Notes: generated by a model not told the origin, from the sequence alone. Counted from the first letter of the stretch, positions 41,703 through 55,713 are shown. The stretch: 64,000 bases of DNA from Octopus vulgaris (GCA_951406725.2 OX597837.1:7874001-7938000); one strand, 5' to 3'. Translations and numbers: made by a program.

Positions 41703-42080
41703 AAAGAAATAGGTATTTCGTCTGCCGCTACGTTCTGAGTTCAAATTCCGCCGAGGTCGACTTTGCCTTACATCCTTTCGGGGTCAATAAATTAAGTACC
41801 AGTTGCGTATTGGGGTCAATCTAATCGACTTAATACCTATGTCTGTCCTTGTTTGTCCCCTCTATGTTTAGCCCCTTGTGGGTAGTAAAGAAATAGGTAT
41901 TTCATCTGCCGCTACGTTCTGAGTTCAAATTCCGCCAAGGTCGACTTTGCCTTTCATCCTTTCGGGGTCGATAAAATAAGTACCTGTTACGCACTGGTGT
42001 CGATGTAATCGATTTAATACCTATGTCTGTCCTTGTTTGTCCCCTCTATGTTTAGCCCCTTGTGGGTAATAAAGAAATAG
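41703..42080 (+). mobile_element. SINE family B, two units without head
   Basis: Starts with aaagaaata|ggtatttcg and ends aaagaaata|ggtat; preceded by a deleted family A head (41600-41695). Confidence 0.88.
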
Positions 42081-43458
42081 GTATAATGTTTATTTTTTCT
42101 GTATAAATTTACTAAAGCCATTAATGTTGATTGGTAATTAAGCTTAATTTGCAACACCTGTGCATATTTATCAGCTTTGTTTTTGTTGATAATTCTTATC
42201 AACAACATCTCCTGCGATCGTGATTTGAGAAGACATACAAACAGTACGCTAAAGAGCAGACATAATCTCTTGTGGGCAAGAAATGTAAAATAAAGTTTAT
42301 GATAAACAACATAAACACTTTGTAATTTAATAGCTTTCAACGTGATACTTGTTAAACAAATTATTTTTATTTAATGAAAATTTAATAAAATCTAATCATA
42401 AGCAAGTGACATTATGCTAAATACAACTAAATTGAAAACCTTTTTCCCCTGCTGGCCATATTGGCAATTCTGAAAACTTTAGGGTGCAAATTTTACATGA
42501 GTAGAAGCTTTTTTTTTTTTACAAATTTTATCCTGAAAATCACCTGTGTAAATTACACAGGTGCGCAAATGACATGGGTTTTTACAGTGATTGATTACAA
42601 TGATCCCAATGTTCAACTCATATTTGTTTTATTGGCCCCAAGAGATTGAAGGTAAAAATCAGTCTTGGCAGAATTTGAACTTGGAACACAGAGAGCAAAA
42701 AGAAATTTTGCAAAGCATTTTGTCTAACATGCTAACGATTCTGCCAGCTCATCACCTTAATTGGCATCCAGTTTTGGCACAAGGCCAGCAATTTTAGGGA
42801 TGGGTTGATCACATCAACCCCAATGTTCTATGGGTAGTTATTTTATTGACTCCCAAAAGTATGAAAGGCAAAGTTGACCTTGGCAGAATTTGAACTCAAA
42901 ATGCAAAGAGTTACTAGAAATACTGCTAAAAATTTTGTCCAATGTGCTAACAATTCTGCCAACTTGCCTCCTACACACATTCAGAAATAATGACAAGGAA
43001 AAGGGTATAGGGGTTTATATATACTCTACATTATGTACTGAGTACTTCTATCTTTTGATTGTAAATTTGTGCATGCATGCATAAGTGTGTGTGCAGGCAT
43101 ATCTTTTACTTCTTTCAGACATGTCCGTGGCCATGCTGGAACACTGCTTTTGGGAGCAAATTTTAGAAGCTTTTTTTTTTTACAAATTTTATCCTGAAAA
43201 TCACCTGTGTAAATTACACAGGTGCGCAAATGACATGGGTTTTTACACTGATTGATTACAACGATCCCAACGTTCAACTCATATTTGTTTTATTGGCCCC
43301 AAAAGATGGAAGGCAAAAATTAACAAATCAACCCCAGTACTGTTGCTGAATATCTCACGTTGTGAGATTTAAAAATGATTTTCTAAAACGAATGTTTTAC
43401 ACCTGGTAGCTTACAGGTAAAGCATGGTCACTCTCTCACAGTGATCACTAGGCATTAG

Positions 43459-43826
43459 GCAAACAAAAGACAGAAGATGGAATAAACGAGAATGTATTAT
43501 TAATCATGATTTTTCTCGCTGGATTTCATGTTCGTTTCTCTTTTCGTCATCTGTGATTTTATTTTTGATCTTCTAAATAAATGAAGATATTTCCTCCGTC
43601 TGGCAGCTTTGCATTTCTCTCTACAAAACAGAAAGTTACATTGCAGAACAGTCATTTTAACGAGTTGTATTTATTTATCACCCGACGAGAAACATCTGCA
43701 CCGCCGGATGCTCCTGAATCAGTTGTTGAGCGTCTCACCCAAGAGGAATCGATGCTTGATGTGTCGAAACAGCTGTCGTGATTAATAATAAATTCTCGTA
43801 TATTCCATCTTCTGTCTTTTATTTGC
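43459..43826 (+). mobile_element. ~370-bp element with 51-bp terminal inverted repeats, probable Penelope-like terminal repeat relic
   Basis: 43459-43509 is inverted to 43776-43826; a hammerhead-like GAAAC-AGCT-GTC sits at 43766-43777. Confidence 0.6.
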
Positions 43827-43839
43827 TCTATATATATGA

Positions 43840-43873
<34 letters not shown>

Positions 43874-43917
43874 AAATGTACATATATGGTTATATAAGGG
43901 GTTCTTTGAGGGGTTTC

Positions 43918-44186
43918 TTAACATTTTAAGCATTCATATTACTCTGTCAAATGTACTGCTTTCTTATTCGCATTACTCTTACTCTTTTACTTGTTTCAGT
44001 CGTTTGACTGTGGCCATGCTGGAGCACCGCCCTTAGTCGAGCAACTCAACCCTGGGACTTATTCTTTGTAAGCCCAGTACTTATTCTATCAGTCTCTTTT
44101 GCTGAACCGCTAAGTGACGGGGACGTAAACACACCAGCATCAGTTGTCAAGCAATGCTAGGAGGACAAACACAGACACACAGACAT

Positions 44187-44241
<55 letters not shown>

Positions 44242-44617
44242 TACACATATATATATATATATATATACATATATACGACGGGCTTCTTTCAGTTTCCGTC
44301 TACCAAATCCACTCACAAGGCTTTGGTCAGCCCGAGGCTATAGTAGAAGACACTTGGCCAAGGTGCCACGCAGTGGGACTGAACCCGGAACCATGTGGTT
44401 GGTAAGCAAGCTACTTACCACACAGCCACTCCTGTGCCTATTGTTTTGAATTAACCATACATCATCTCATAGCATCAAAATTTCAAGGTTGGGATTGTTT
44501 ATTTTTAGAATGACTTTGCAGGTTAGGTAAAAGAGGCCAAATCCGGCCAGTTTAAACAAAAATAAACAAGTAAAATAATTAGGTTGGACATGGCTGGGTT
44601 GAATGCTAAACAGTTAA
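43918..44617. mobile_element. Older piggyBac-like MITE interrupted by SINE A (43975-44439, minus)
   Basis: ttaacattttaagcattc ... gaatgctaaacagttaa ends; a related 3' part is at ~12225-12335. Confidence 0.6.
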
Positions 44618-44974
44618 AAATCAGTTCATCTGATCCGGAATTTTCTATAGCCCAGCAAAAGCCAGGTCCCTCGGTTACCAAATTGCCTGAGTAATAATAA
44701 TCCAGGTCCCTCGGTTACCAAATTGCCTGAGTAATAATAATCCAGGTACAAATGTGTACCTGTTCTTCTCACAGCGCTGGAAACATTGAAACACAGGTGA
44801 GCAGTCACAGAAGACTGATAAGAAAGCTTAAATTGCAAACTAGGCTGCTGATATAATTTAATGAAGAGGAAGCAACTGTATTATATTGCGAGGCTGTTCA
44901 ACCATGACCATCACTACAGTAACAGCAATACTGACTAATGTAAGACCAGAAATAAACTACTTTCTGTCCTTCAC

Positions 44975-45810
44975 CTACTTACCAAATGAACTAATTACTG
45001 AGTCACCAAAAAGACTATTTATTTAACGAGTTAACTATTTCACATAATTAACAAGTAGATATCTAACTAGTTATCTATTTGTTACCATGCAGGCTATTCA
45101 CCGAGTGATACACAGACGTGCCGCCAAGGTAGACAAGGCAGGTAGTACCTACCTTGAATAAAATTGATCAATAGCAACATTTTCCTTTTATGGTAAAATA
45201 TACAACTAATTCAATAAAATTATGAAGGTTACTCTGATTACTATGCATAAAATGCAAAATATTTAATTTTTTTTGTTCTAAAATAAGTCGAAAGGTAAGC
45301 TACTATAAATTGGCACGAACTTTCTGGACAACCCAATATTTGGCAATTTACCAAGTAAAACTGGACAGTGGATCTAGTGAAAACTGTTTAGCTATTTAAC
45401 AAGTAGGATTATACATGCTGATGACCAAATGAAACTAGTTAGTTACCAAGTGAACCAATTTACTAATTTACCAAGTGAAACTATGTATATCTAGTTACCA
45501 AGTTAAACTATTTAGCTAGTGACCATGTGAAACTATTTAGCTATTTACCAAGTAAAACTATTTACCTAGTTGCCAAGTGAAACTAACGAAATAGTTAATT
45601 ACCAAGCAAACTATTCACCTAGTTACCAAGTTATATTTCTTTACTACCCACAAGGGGCTAAACACAGAGGGGACAAACAAGGACAGACAAAGGGATTAAG
45701 TTGATTACATCGACCCCAGTGCGTAACTGGTACTTAATTTATCGACCCCGAAAGGATGAAAGGCAAAGTCGACCTCGGAGGCAAAGTTGAACATCTGTTT
45801 ACCAAGCAAT
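44975..45810. repeat. Degenerate ~25-bp minisatellite (ttaccaagtgaaactatttagctag), interrupted by a mariner end and a SINE B unit (45634-45780, minus)
   Basis: Repeated ttaccaagt motifs at roughly 25-bp spacing, clearest at 45440-45632. Confidence 0.8.
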
Positions 45811-45876
45811 TGCCAAAACCAATGTTACTATTACTTTTACATGACTAGGGTTTAAATAAATTACAATTGATGGTGG

Positions 45877-45907
<31 letters not shown>

Positions 45908-46848
45908 GGTGGTTGTGGTGATGATGATGATGATGGTAGTGGTGGTGGTTACTGCAATTGTGGTGATGATGATGGTGGTGGTGGTGACAGTGGTTGTGGT
46001 GGTGATGATGATGGTGGTGGTGGTGGTTGTGGTGATGATGATGATGATGGTAGTGGTGGTGGTTACTGCAATTGTGGTGATGATGATGGTGGTGGTGGTG
46101 GTGGTTGTGGTGATGATGATGATGATGGTAGTGGTGGTGGTTACTGCAATTGTGGTGATGATGATGGTGGTGGTGACAGTAGCTGTGCTGATGATGGTGG
46201 TGGTGGTGGTGGCAGTGGTTGTGGTGATGATGATGATGGTGGTGGTGGTGGTGGTGGAGGAGGAGGAGGAGGCGGTAGAGCTCATATTGTCTTTCATTTC
46301 CTTTACTTCCATTATGACTCAATAGAGAGAGAGGCTGGATCGGGTGGGGGGTAGACAGGTCCCCATGGTCTTCCTTTTATTTCTGGTTTGTTTTACCAGG
46401 GTTTGTGAGACAGGTGGCATGTGTGTATGTGTGTGTGTGTGTGAGTGGGCGTGTGTTATTAGGGGTGGAGTGGACACAACAAAGAGAACACCAACAAGCA
46501 CATGTTACAACAGAAGGAAATACTGAATGGGGTACAGTGTGTGTGTGTGGGGGGGGTATCAGTGGGAAAACAGACTACCCAGTCACCTGTTTCTCTGAGA
46601 CAACAAAGCCAATAGTGCTAAAGTCACCCAAGGGTGTCAGATGGCGGTGGTGATGATAGTGGTGGTGGTGGTGGTGGTGGTAGTGAAAGTGGTGGTCATC
46701 ATGGTGACAGTAGCAGTGGTGGTGCTACTTATATTATTTTTTAAAGTATGTTACTCAATCGGTCTCTTTTGCTGAACTGTGCAGTCACGAGGATGTAAAC
46801 AAACCAACAATAGTTCTCAATCAGTAGGGCAGACAAACACAAAGATTA

Positions 46849-46880
<32 letters not shown>

Positions 46881-47016
46881 GCACACACATATGTGCACAC
46901 TCACATACACACACACACATACGTGCACGCACTCACACATACACACACTCACATATATGCACATACATATATACACACAAGCATGCACATACATGCACAC
47001 ACATATCTATATGCAC

Positions 47017-47067
<51 letters not shown>

Positions 47068-47237
47068 CATACATATACACACACACATGCCGGTATGGAG
47101 CATGATCAATATGCTGACAGACATTAAATGGTTATGCAAACACAGGACGGGCCAAGGCTATGCGAGAAGATAATTACCCAAGGTGCCATGCAGTGGATTT
47201 GAAAACAAGCTTTTTACACACACACACACACACATAC

Positions 47238-47280
<43 letters not shown>

Positions 47281-47876
47281 CACATGCACACCTGTAACTG
47301 GTTGAGTATTTCACAGCCACATGTTTCCTTTAACACAATTCTCAGGCTGAGTCAGCATTACATGACACAGAAGAGCAAGGACATTAACTTTGGGGGTAGG
47401 GGAGAGGGGTAGGAAGAGAAGTTGAGGGAAGGGTGGAGGAAGATGGGAGAGGGTGGGAAGGAGGGCATGTGGAGGAGAAGAAGAAGAGGAAGACAGGGAG
47501 AAGAGAAGAGAGAGAGGAGAGGAAGAGAGAGTGAAAATTCAAAGAGAGAGAGAGGATGCATAGAGGCAAAAAAAAAAGAAAACAAACCCAGTACTTCACT
47601 GTCACATTTTATTTATCTTATCAAACACCCACCCACACCCACACAATCAAAAGGGTTAAAAGATGAAATTGATCTCAGCAGGATTTGAACTCAGAACACA
47701 GCAAACCAAACAGCAACCACAAAAAAGAACCATTCTATCCTCTACTCTAATGACCCTGCCTCTCCTCCTCCACCAGTTTTTTTCATAAGCCCCAGAAACC
47801 TTAAGGCCACAAACTAGTTACCATGATGTATAAGTGAGTGAGATCACAACAGGCATGGCTGCGTGGTAAGAAGCTT

Positions 47877-48040
47877 GTTATGTTCTGAGTTCAAATTCCG
47901 GCGAGGTCGACTTTGCTTTTCATGGTTTCGGGGTTGATAAATAAAGTACCAGTTACGCACTGGGGGGGGGGGTCGATGTAATCGACTTAATCCTTGTTTG
48001 TCCCCTCTGTGTTTATCCCCTTGTGGGTAGTAAAGAAATA
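47877..48040 (+). mobile_element. 5'-truncated SINE B inserted into a SINE A head
   Basis: TSD agaagcttg at 47869-47877 and 48041-48049. Confidence 0.88.
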
Positions 48041-48197
48041 AGAAGCTTGCTTCTCAATGAACGATTCCAGGTTCAGTCCCACTGCGCGGCACCTTGAGCA
48101 AATGTCTGTGTCTGTCCCCATCTCCACTGTCACTTGTCAATCAGGTGTTGATGTGTTTATGTCCCCGTAACTTAGCAGTTCAGCAAAAAAGACACAT

Positions 48198-48233
<36 letters not shown>

Positions 48234-48999
48234 TTTTAAGTTTCAGCTCACGAGCTGTGGCCATGCTGGGGCACTGCCATTCGGTGTTGCTACATGATTT
48301 TACTTCACGAATGCTTTTTAGCAATTGACATTTGGTGCATAAATAAGAGGTCGAGTATTCCATAGATACATGTACTCTGAACCTAAATTTTCAAACCAAA
48401 TCTGCAAAATCTATAATGTACATATACACACATAAATACTAGGCTTCAAAAAAAAAAAGAAAAAAAAGCACTGGGGCCCAATTTGTTCGACTAAAACCCT
48501 TCATGGCAGTGCCCCAGCATGGCCGCAGTCTAACGACTAAAACAAATAAAAAAACAAAAGATAAAAAAAAAGCACTTAATCCCACAAAGCTAACGAATTC
48601 TACCAGCTTACTTAGCTTCCAGTCCCTTATATACCAACCAGAATTTTAAACTATTAAATCAATAATTTTTTAGGCCAAGTCAAAACGTGACAAAATCCTT
48701 TGCCGTTCTTTGAAACTTAATTCCAACCGAAACCTTCTTTGCTTTCTTCTGTTTAACCTGGATTGGTTTTGCCTACTTGAACTTATTGATTAATCTTTAT
48801 TATATTTCTTTTTTTCAGTGGCAGAGGGAGGCTGGGTGGGGCAGTGAATTTTGTTGTTCTAGAATTAACAATATTTGTATTTTTATATATTTTTTAGGCA
48901 TCTTTTTTTATATAAATTTCATATTTGAATTTTTTTTAAATGGTTGTTCATATTTCTTGGTTAGCTTTTTAATGCTTTTGCTGCAGTAAATATCTTGAC

Positions 49000-49030
<31 letters not shown>

Positions 49031-49253
49031 TCCTCATACCCTACGCAAAATACTTTATGTAATCTCAAGTTTTAAAACAAACAATTTTCGTATGGTTTTT
49101 TTAGGCATTCACTAGTACAACACTAAGTACAAAACCAAATATATGAAACCCTAGGCATAACACCAACAGGAACTTCCAACTTGTTGTCTCTTGAGGTCTC
49201 TGGGTGAGACTTGTAGCCAACTTGTACAAATGTAAAGCAAAAGTCAAACATAG

Positions 49254-49254
<1 letters not shown>
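49031..49254 (+). mobile_element. R4/Dong-type LINE, 3' end only
   Basis: Homologous to ~55485-55708; flanked by (AAT)n on both sides. Confidence 0.88.
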
Positions 49255-49289
<35 letters not shown>

Positions 49290-49292
<3 letters not shown>

Positions 49293-50205
49293 CCTTTCTA
49301 CTATAGACATAAGATCTGAATTGGGGGTGTGACGGGTCTAGTCGATTACACTAATCCTGGTGCTCAACTGGTATTAATTTCATTGACCTTGAATTGATAA
49401 AAGCAAAGCTGACTTCAGCGGAATTTGAACTTGTTATGTCAACACAGATGACATGCATCCAAGCAGGCTAACATTTCTGCCAATTTGCTGCCTGAGTAAT
49501 AATAATGATGATGATGATAATCCTTTCTGTTGTGGGCACAAGGCCTGAAATTTGGGGGTGATGGGGACCAAGTCGATTACATCAACTCCCAGAACACCGC
49601 TGGTACTTATTTAGTCAATCCTGAAAGGACGAAAGGCAAAGTCACCTTTGATGGAATTTGAACTCAGAACGTGAACATGGACAAAATGTTGCTAAGCATA
49701 TCACCAGGCATGCTAATGATTCTGCCAGGTCACTGCCTGAATAATAAAAATAATAATAATAATAATTATAATAATAATAAATAATGATAATAAATAATAA
49801 TAATAATATATTTAATTCTTTTTATTCTGCTGGAAGCACAAGGCTTAAAATTAGGGGGAATGGATTAAGTTGATTACATCGACCCCAGTGTGTAACTGGT
49901 ACTTAATTTATCAACCCCAAAAGGATGAAAGGCAAAGTCGGCCTCGGCGGAATTTGAACTCAGAATGCGAAGACGGACGAAGTATTTTCTCTGGTGCAGT
50001 AACAATTCTGCCAGCTCGCCCCTTAATTAATTAATAAAAATAATAAGAAGAAGAATAAAAATAATAATAATAATCCTCTCTCCTGAAAGCACAAGGCAAG
50101 AAATTTCAGGGCAGGGGCTGAGTTGATTACACTGACCCCAGTACTCACTTGGTACTTATTTTATCGCACCCCCTTCTTAGTGGTATCTGAACTCAGAACG
50201 TTAAT
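49290..50205 (-). mobile_element. Four successive older B2 SINE copies separated by (AAT)n
   Basis: Each begins (on +) with (aat)n then ...cacaaggc-like sequence and contains the gaaaggcaaagtcg/ggaatttgaactcag core; the last is partial. Confidence 0.8.
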
Positions 50206-50263
50206 AGTGATGATGATGATAATGATGATCATGGCCACAGTCAAATGACTGAAACAAGAACAA

Positions 50264-50320
<57 letters not shown>

Positions 50321-50324
50321 ATCG

Positions 50325-50511
50325 CCATGATAGAGCGTTAGCCACTACACACATTTTTTTTCTCTCCTTGTTTTTTCTATCCCTTTCTGCAGAAGAGCGT
50401 AGGCTCGAAACGTAAAAGACTGTTTCTATTCCTGAGCGTTATACTAATACATCTGTTTGTTTTGTATACCACCTGTCTTCGTCTTTTATTGTTTTTTTCG
50501 TAAACTCTCCC
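50325..50511 (+). mobile_element. ~185-bp (TA)n-inserted repeat with a hammerhead-like motif
   Basis: Second copy at 27903-28086 (minus); cttt-ctgcagaa-gagc-gtag-gctc-gaaa-cgta-aaag at 50383-50418. Confidence 0.65.
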
Positions 50512-51481
50512 TATATATATATATATGTGTGTTTGTATCTGTGTCTGTGTTTGTCCACCAGCCATCACTTGATGGCTGATGTTGATGTGTTTGCATCCCC
50601 GTAACTTAGTGGTTCAGCAAAACATCATCATCATCGTTTAACGTCCGCTTTCCATGCTGGCATGGGTTGGACGATTTGACTGTGAGAACTACCGAGCCAG
50701 ATGGCTGCACCAGGCTCCAATCTGATCTGGCTGTTTCTACAGCTGGATGCCCTTCCTAACGCCAACCACTACATGTAGTATGGGGGGATCAAACCCAGAA
50801 CCTCAAGGTTACGAAATAAACTTCGTTAACCACTCAACCGTGTCAATATGTAACACATTTTATATTATACACATATTCACACATCACGTTCCTATCACAA
50901 TTATACAAGCAAGGTGTTCGTTCGGTAATTTAGACAAAACTCTTTAAGCAAGTTTTGTATTCAAAATCCGTGAGATACTAGTGTTATATGACAAATAGTA
51001 TTTATACAACAGGTGGCGGAGCGGGGGGAGGTGTTGTAATGTTTGTGTGATGTGGGGGAGGGGAGAGGATGTAAATGTGAGGTGGGGTGGGGTAGTCGTA
51101 ATTGATGTGCGGTGGTGGTGGGATGAAAAGGTGTATGGGGTTGGTGGTGGGTGTGTTGTTTGTTTCGGTGTGTTTCATGTGGTTAACTGTGTAGTGCAGG
51201 GGTAGGGGGGTATGTGTTTGTTTGCGTGTGTATAGGTGTGTGTGTGTGTGTGAAAGGACGAGTGTGGATGTGTAAGCGTATGTGTACATATGTGTGTGAA
51301 AAAATGAGTGTATAAGTGAAGGTGTATATGTGAGTGAATAAGCAAGTATATATATATATATATGTGTGTGTGTGTATACATATATATATATATATACTTA
51401 TACATATATATACATATATATATACTTATACATATATATACATATATATATACTTATACATATATATACATATATATACTT

Positions 51482-51535
<54 letters not shown>

Positions 51536-51546
51536 TTATACATATA

Positions 51547-51841
51547 TCTATATATATAAAACTGAAGTTGTGTGGTGTCTGTCTCCTACGATTTAGATTC
51601 CTAACTACTCCACATTTTGCGGTGCAGTTTAACCAAAAGCGGGTATCTTATAGTGGTCATTTATATCGAGCCCTTCTGGGTATTAGCGCGCGTCTACGAT
51701 GAGTCTACGGTTAAAAAAATTACCATAATTTTTTCCCATTTTTAATGCATTTTTTGCTATTATATAAGGGAAGTAACTCTCTAAAAATGCTTATATAGTT
51801 ATTTCCCTTACAAACCCGAGCAACGCCGGGCGATACTGCTA

Positions 51842-51842
<1 letters not shown>
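51547..51842 (+). mobile_element. Non-autonomous Helitron
   Basis: 5' TC (tctatatatataaaa), subterminal GC hairpin cccgagcaacgccggg, 3' CTAG, inserted between A and T in (TA)n with no TSD. Confidence 0.88.
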
Positions 51843-51879
<37 letters not shown>

Positions 51880-52139
51880 TTACACATATATACATATATA
51901 TACTTATACATATATATATATACTTATACATATATATATATATATATACTTATACATATATATATATACTTATACATATATATATATATATACTTATACA
52001 TATATATACTTATACATATATATATATATACACTTATACATATATACATACATACAAATACACACATATATATACATACATATACAAACATATATATACA
52101 TACATATACAAACATATATATATATATGCATATTTATAT

Positions 52140-52522
52140 TCTTTTGTTTCAGTCATTTGACTGCGGCCATACTGGAGAGATCACCGCCTTGACGGGCTTT
52201 TAGTCGAATAAATCGACTCCAGGGCTCTTTTTTTAAGCCTGGTAATTAAATCGGTTTCTTGCTGAACCGCAAAGTTAGGGGGACGTAAACACACGAACAC
52301 CGTTTGTCAAGCGGGGTGGTGAAACAAAACACAGACACACACACACATACATATATATATATATCTTATACGACGGGCGTCTTTCAGTTTCCGCCTACTA
52401 AATCCATTCACACAGCTTCGGTCGGCCAGAGGCCATATAAATTGAAGAAACTTGCTCAAGGTGCCATGATGTGAGACTCTAAACCCGGAAGCACCTGGTT
52501 GGGAAGCAAGCTTCATATAACA
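52140..52522 (-). mobile_element. SINE family A, diverged
   Basis: Consensus motifs throughout. Confidence 0.85.
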
Positions 52523-52588
52523 CATTATGTGATGGTGTCTGTATGTGTGTGTGTGTAAACGTTTATGTATATAAACGACCGCGGGATT

Positions 52589-52816
52589 TGGCGAGCTGGC
52601 AGAATCGGTAGCACGCTGGGCGAAATGCTGAGCGGTATTTCGTCTGCCGCTACGTTCTGAGTTCAAATTCCGCCGAGGTCGACTTTGCCTTTCATCCTTT
52701 CGGGGTCGATTAAATAAGTACCAGTTACGCACTGGGATCGAATTATCGACTTGACCCGTTTGTCTGTCCTTGTTTGTCCTCTCTGTGTTTAGCCCCTTGT
52801 GGGTAGTAAAGAAATA
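52589..52816 (+). mobile_element. SINE family B monomer
   Basis: Head plus one unit; 3' junction aaagaaata|ggtat. Confidence 0.9.
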
Positions 52817-53212
52817 GGTATATGAAAATGTCTTCCTCTGTCATTAAGTGTGTGTGTGTGTGTGTCCATACGACTGTGTGTGTGTGTATTTCAGTAGATT
52901 AATGAGTATGAAAATGGACGTATTTTAAGTCGATTTATATATACGTCTGCTTGTGTACGCGTATGTGTGTGTGTGTAGATATATATATATGTATGTGTGT
53001 GTGGGTGCGTGTATGCGGATGTATCTGTGAGTGTGTATTTAATGTGTGTGTGTTCTTTGAGTGAGCGTGTCTACGTAGGTGTTACTATGTGAGTTAAGCA
53101 TACATGTGATTAAGTACAGAAAGAGAGTGAGGTGGAGGTCTGTGTATATATGTGTATACATGCGGGGAGAGAGTAGTCAGTCTATAAGCGCTTGTGTACG
53201 TACGTATGTACG

Positions 53213-53244
<32 letters not shown>

Positions 53245-53384
53245 TTTAGCTGAGTGTATCTGAACTCACCCAACAACAAAAGACTAGCATTTAACAACTT
53301 AACGGTATATCTCCTTTCTCTAAAACTATACAATGGACTTATATACAATACAATATACACAAACAATACAATAAAGACACACAT

Positions 53385-53439
<55 letters not shown>

Positions 53440-54039
53440 CGTCGGGGAACGTCAAGTTTGTTGTACTAACAACCACAACTGAAGTAGACAACTCGTAACA
53501 AAACCACTTTCTCGCTTCGCCATTGTTTTTGTTCACATTTTCTTTCTTTTCTCTACTAAATTCTTTTATTCTCTGTGTATTTAAAAAAAAGCCACCCACA
53601 CCACCACACCGCTGTCGACGAGGACAACGCCGCCGTTGAACCCACAGAGAGAGGAGAGACAGTCCACACTTTTCCAGAATACCCGTTCCTCTTAGCGAGT
53701 TTCCAAAAAAGCTGGTGTTAGATTTTTTTTGTTAGTTGGTTTCGGGTTTGTGTTTTTTTTTTTTTTTGCGTGTGTTTTCTCTCTGAAGCACGCTTTTCTC
53801 CGTTTTCTTAGTTCACAGCATAACACACACACACACATTCAGAAAAGAAAATTTAAGAAAACAAAAAGCTGTTCTAAATAAAAAACCAGCGATGCTTTAC
53901 GTCGACAGAAAGGGAGAATAAATACTATCAGTACACATACACACACGTGTGAATATACAGTATATATGTATATACACAAAAACGCACACAAATATATAAT
54001 ATACACATACACACACATATACACATATTACGCATGTAA

Positions 54040-54075
<36 letters not shown>

Positions 54076-54180
54076 GGACACACAAATATAATCAGTGTAT
54101 ACACACATATACTCACTCACCTGTACATATATATATATATATATATATACATACACTTACACATCTACTCATACACGTAG

Positions 54181-54212
<32 letters not shown>

Positions 54213-54713
54213 TGTATCTACCTATCTATCTGTCTATCCATCCATACATAACATATACATACACACACACACACACAAAGCTTTTGTTAAAGGTAGTTAA
54301 AATTACACAGCCAATTGGCAGCGCCCAGACTTTACTAACTGGCACACGGTGACCTAATACTTAAAACACACACACACACACTAATCATTAGCCACCACAC
54401 GCAACCTGTCCGTCGTGTTCACCTCTCACCACATCCTATTATCTTATTCCCTTTCTTTCCCGCCTTCCGTCCCCGCTTTTTTTTATCAAAACTATCGTTT
54501 GACAACACAAACAAAGGAAAACACTGAGGGTTTTTCTTCCTTAATAAGTTCAACATAAACTGACACAGTTTGTAAGCTTAGTCAAGTTGACGAGAGAGAT
54601 TGTCCTCTTGCGTAATTCCGCCCATATTTGAAATGTTCTATTTGGATTCAGAACATAGCGACGGGCGAAATACTAAGCATTTCGTCCAACCACTTCGCCG
54701 CCGCAGCAGCAGC

Positions 54714-54759
<46 letters not shown>

Positions 54760-55710
54760 TGGCAAGAAAAACCTCTCTATGGCAAATACCCAAAGAGAGC
54801 GAATAATGCAGATGTTGACAAAGCTCTGACCCATCAATGGCCTCTGGCTTAAAATCTGAAACAGAGGGGTTTATCATAGCAGTTCAAAATAAATGCCTAC
54901 CAACAAGAAACTACCAGGCCAACATATTAAAGAACGGCAGTGGCCCAACATGTCGTGTATGTTAACAACAAAATGAAACCATTGATCATGTTGTCTCCAA
55001 GTGCAGTCTTCTAGCGCCTACAGAGTATCTCAACAGGCATGATAGAGCTGCACAATATATTCACTGGGTAATCTGCAAAAACCTGGATTTGCCCCATGAA
55101 AAAAACTGGTGGGAACACAAACCACCCCCAGTGCTTGAAAATGACCTCATCTCACTCCTCTGGAACTTCCCCATTCAAACTGACAGAAAGATAGATGCAA
55201 ATAGGCCAGACATCATATTGAAAAACTTCAGACAAAGAACATGCCTCCTCATTGATATGACTGTCCCAATCGATATAAATGTATCTGTCAAGACCTACCA
55301 GAAACTGAGCAAGTATAAAGATCTTGAAATAGAAATCACCAAAATGTGGAAGCTGAAGACTAAAACAATACCTGTTGTCATAGGTGCCCTGGGAATGATA
55401 GCAAAAGGGGCTGATTGTTATCTAACTCAGATACCAGGAAACCCCAAAATGGCAGCAATTCAAAAGTTAGTGCTCATGGGAACTGTTCATATCCTACGCA
55501 AAATACATTCTTTGTAATCTCAAGTTTTAAAACAAACATAATTTTCGTATGTTGTTTTTAGACATTCACTAATACAACACTAAGTACAAAACCAAATATA
55601 TGGCACCCTAGGCATAACACCAACACGAACTTCCAACTTGTCTCTTGAGGTCTCTGGGTGAGACTTGGAGCCAACTTGTACAAATGTAAAGCAAAAGTCA
55701 AACATAGAAT
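54760..55710 (+). pseudogene. R4/Dong-clade non-LTR retrotransposon, 5'-truncated (CCHC finger plus restriction-like endonuclease)
   Basis: WQEKPLYGKY...LKSETEGFIIAVQ...CRVC*QQNETIDHVVSKC...RHD...NRPDIIL...IDMTVP...KLSKYKDLEIEI...IPVVIGALG; frameshift and stop present; flanked by (AAT)n, the known Dong target. Confidence 0.93.
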
Positions 55711-55713
55711 ATC

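Noticed and set aside
44662-44746. Exact 40-bp tandem duplication (also 42503-42660 repeated at 43166-43318)
   Set aside because: Ordinary local duplication with no further structure.
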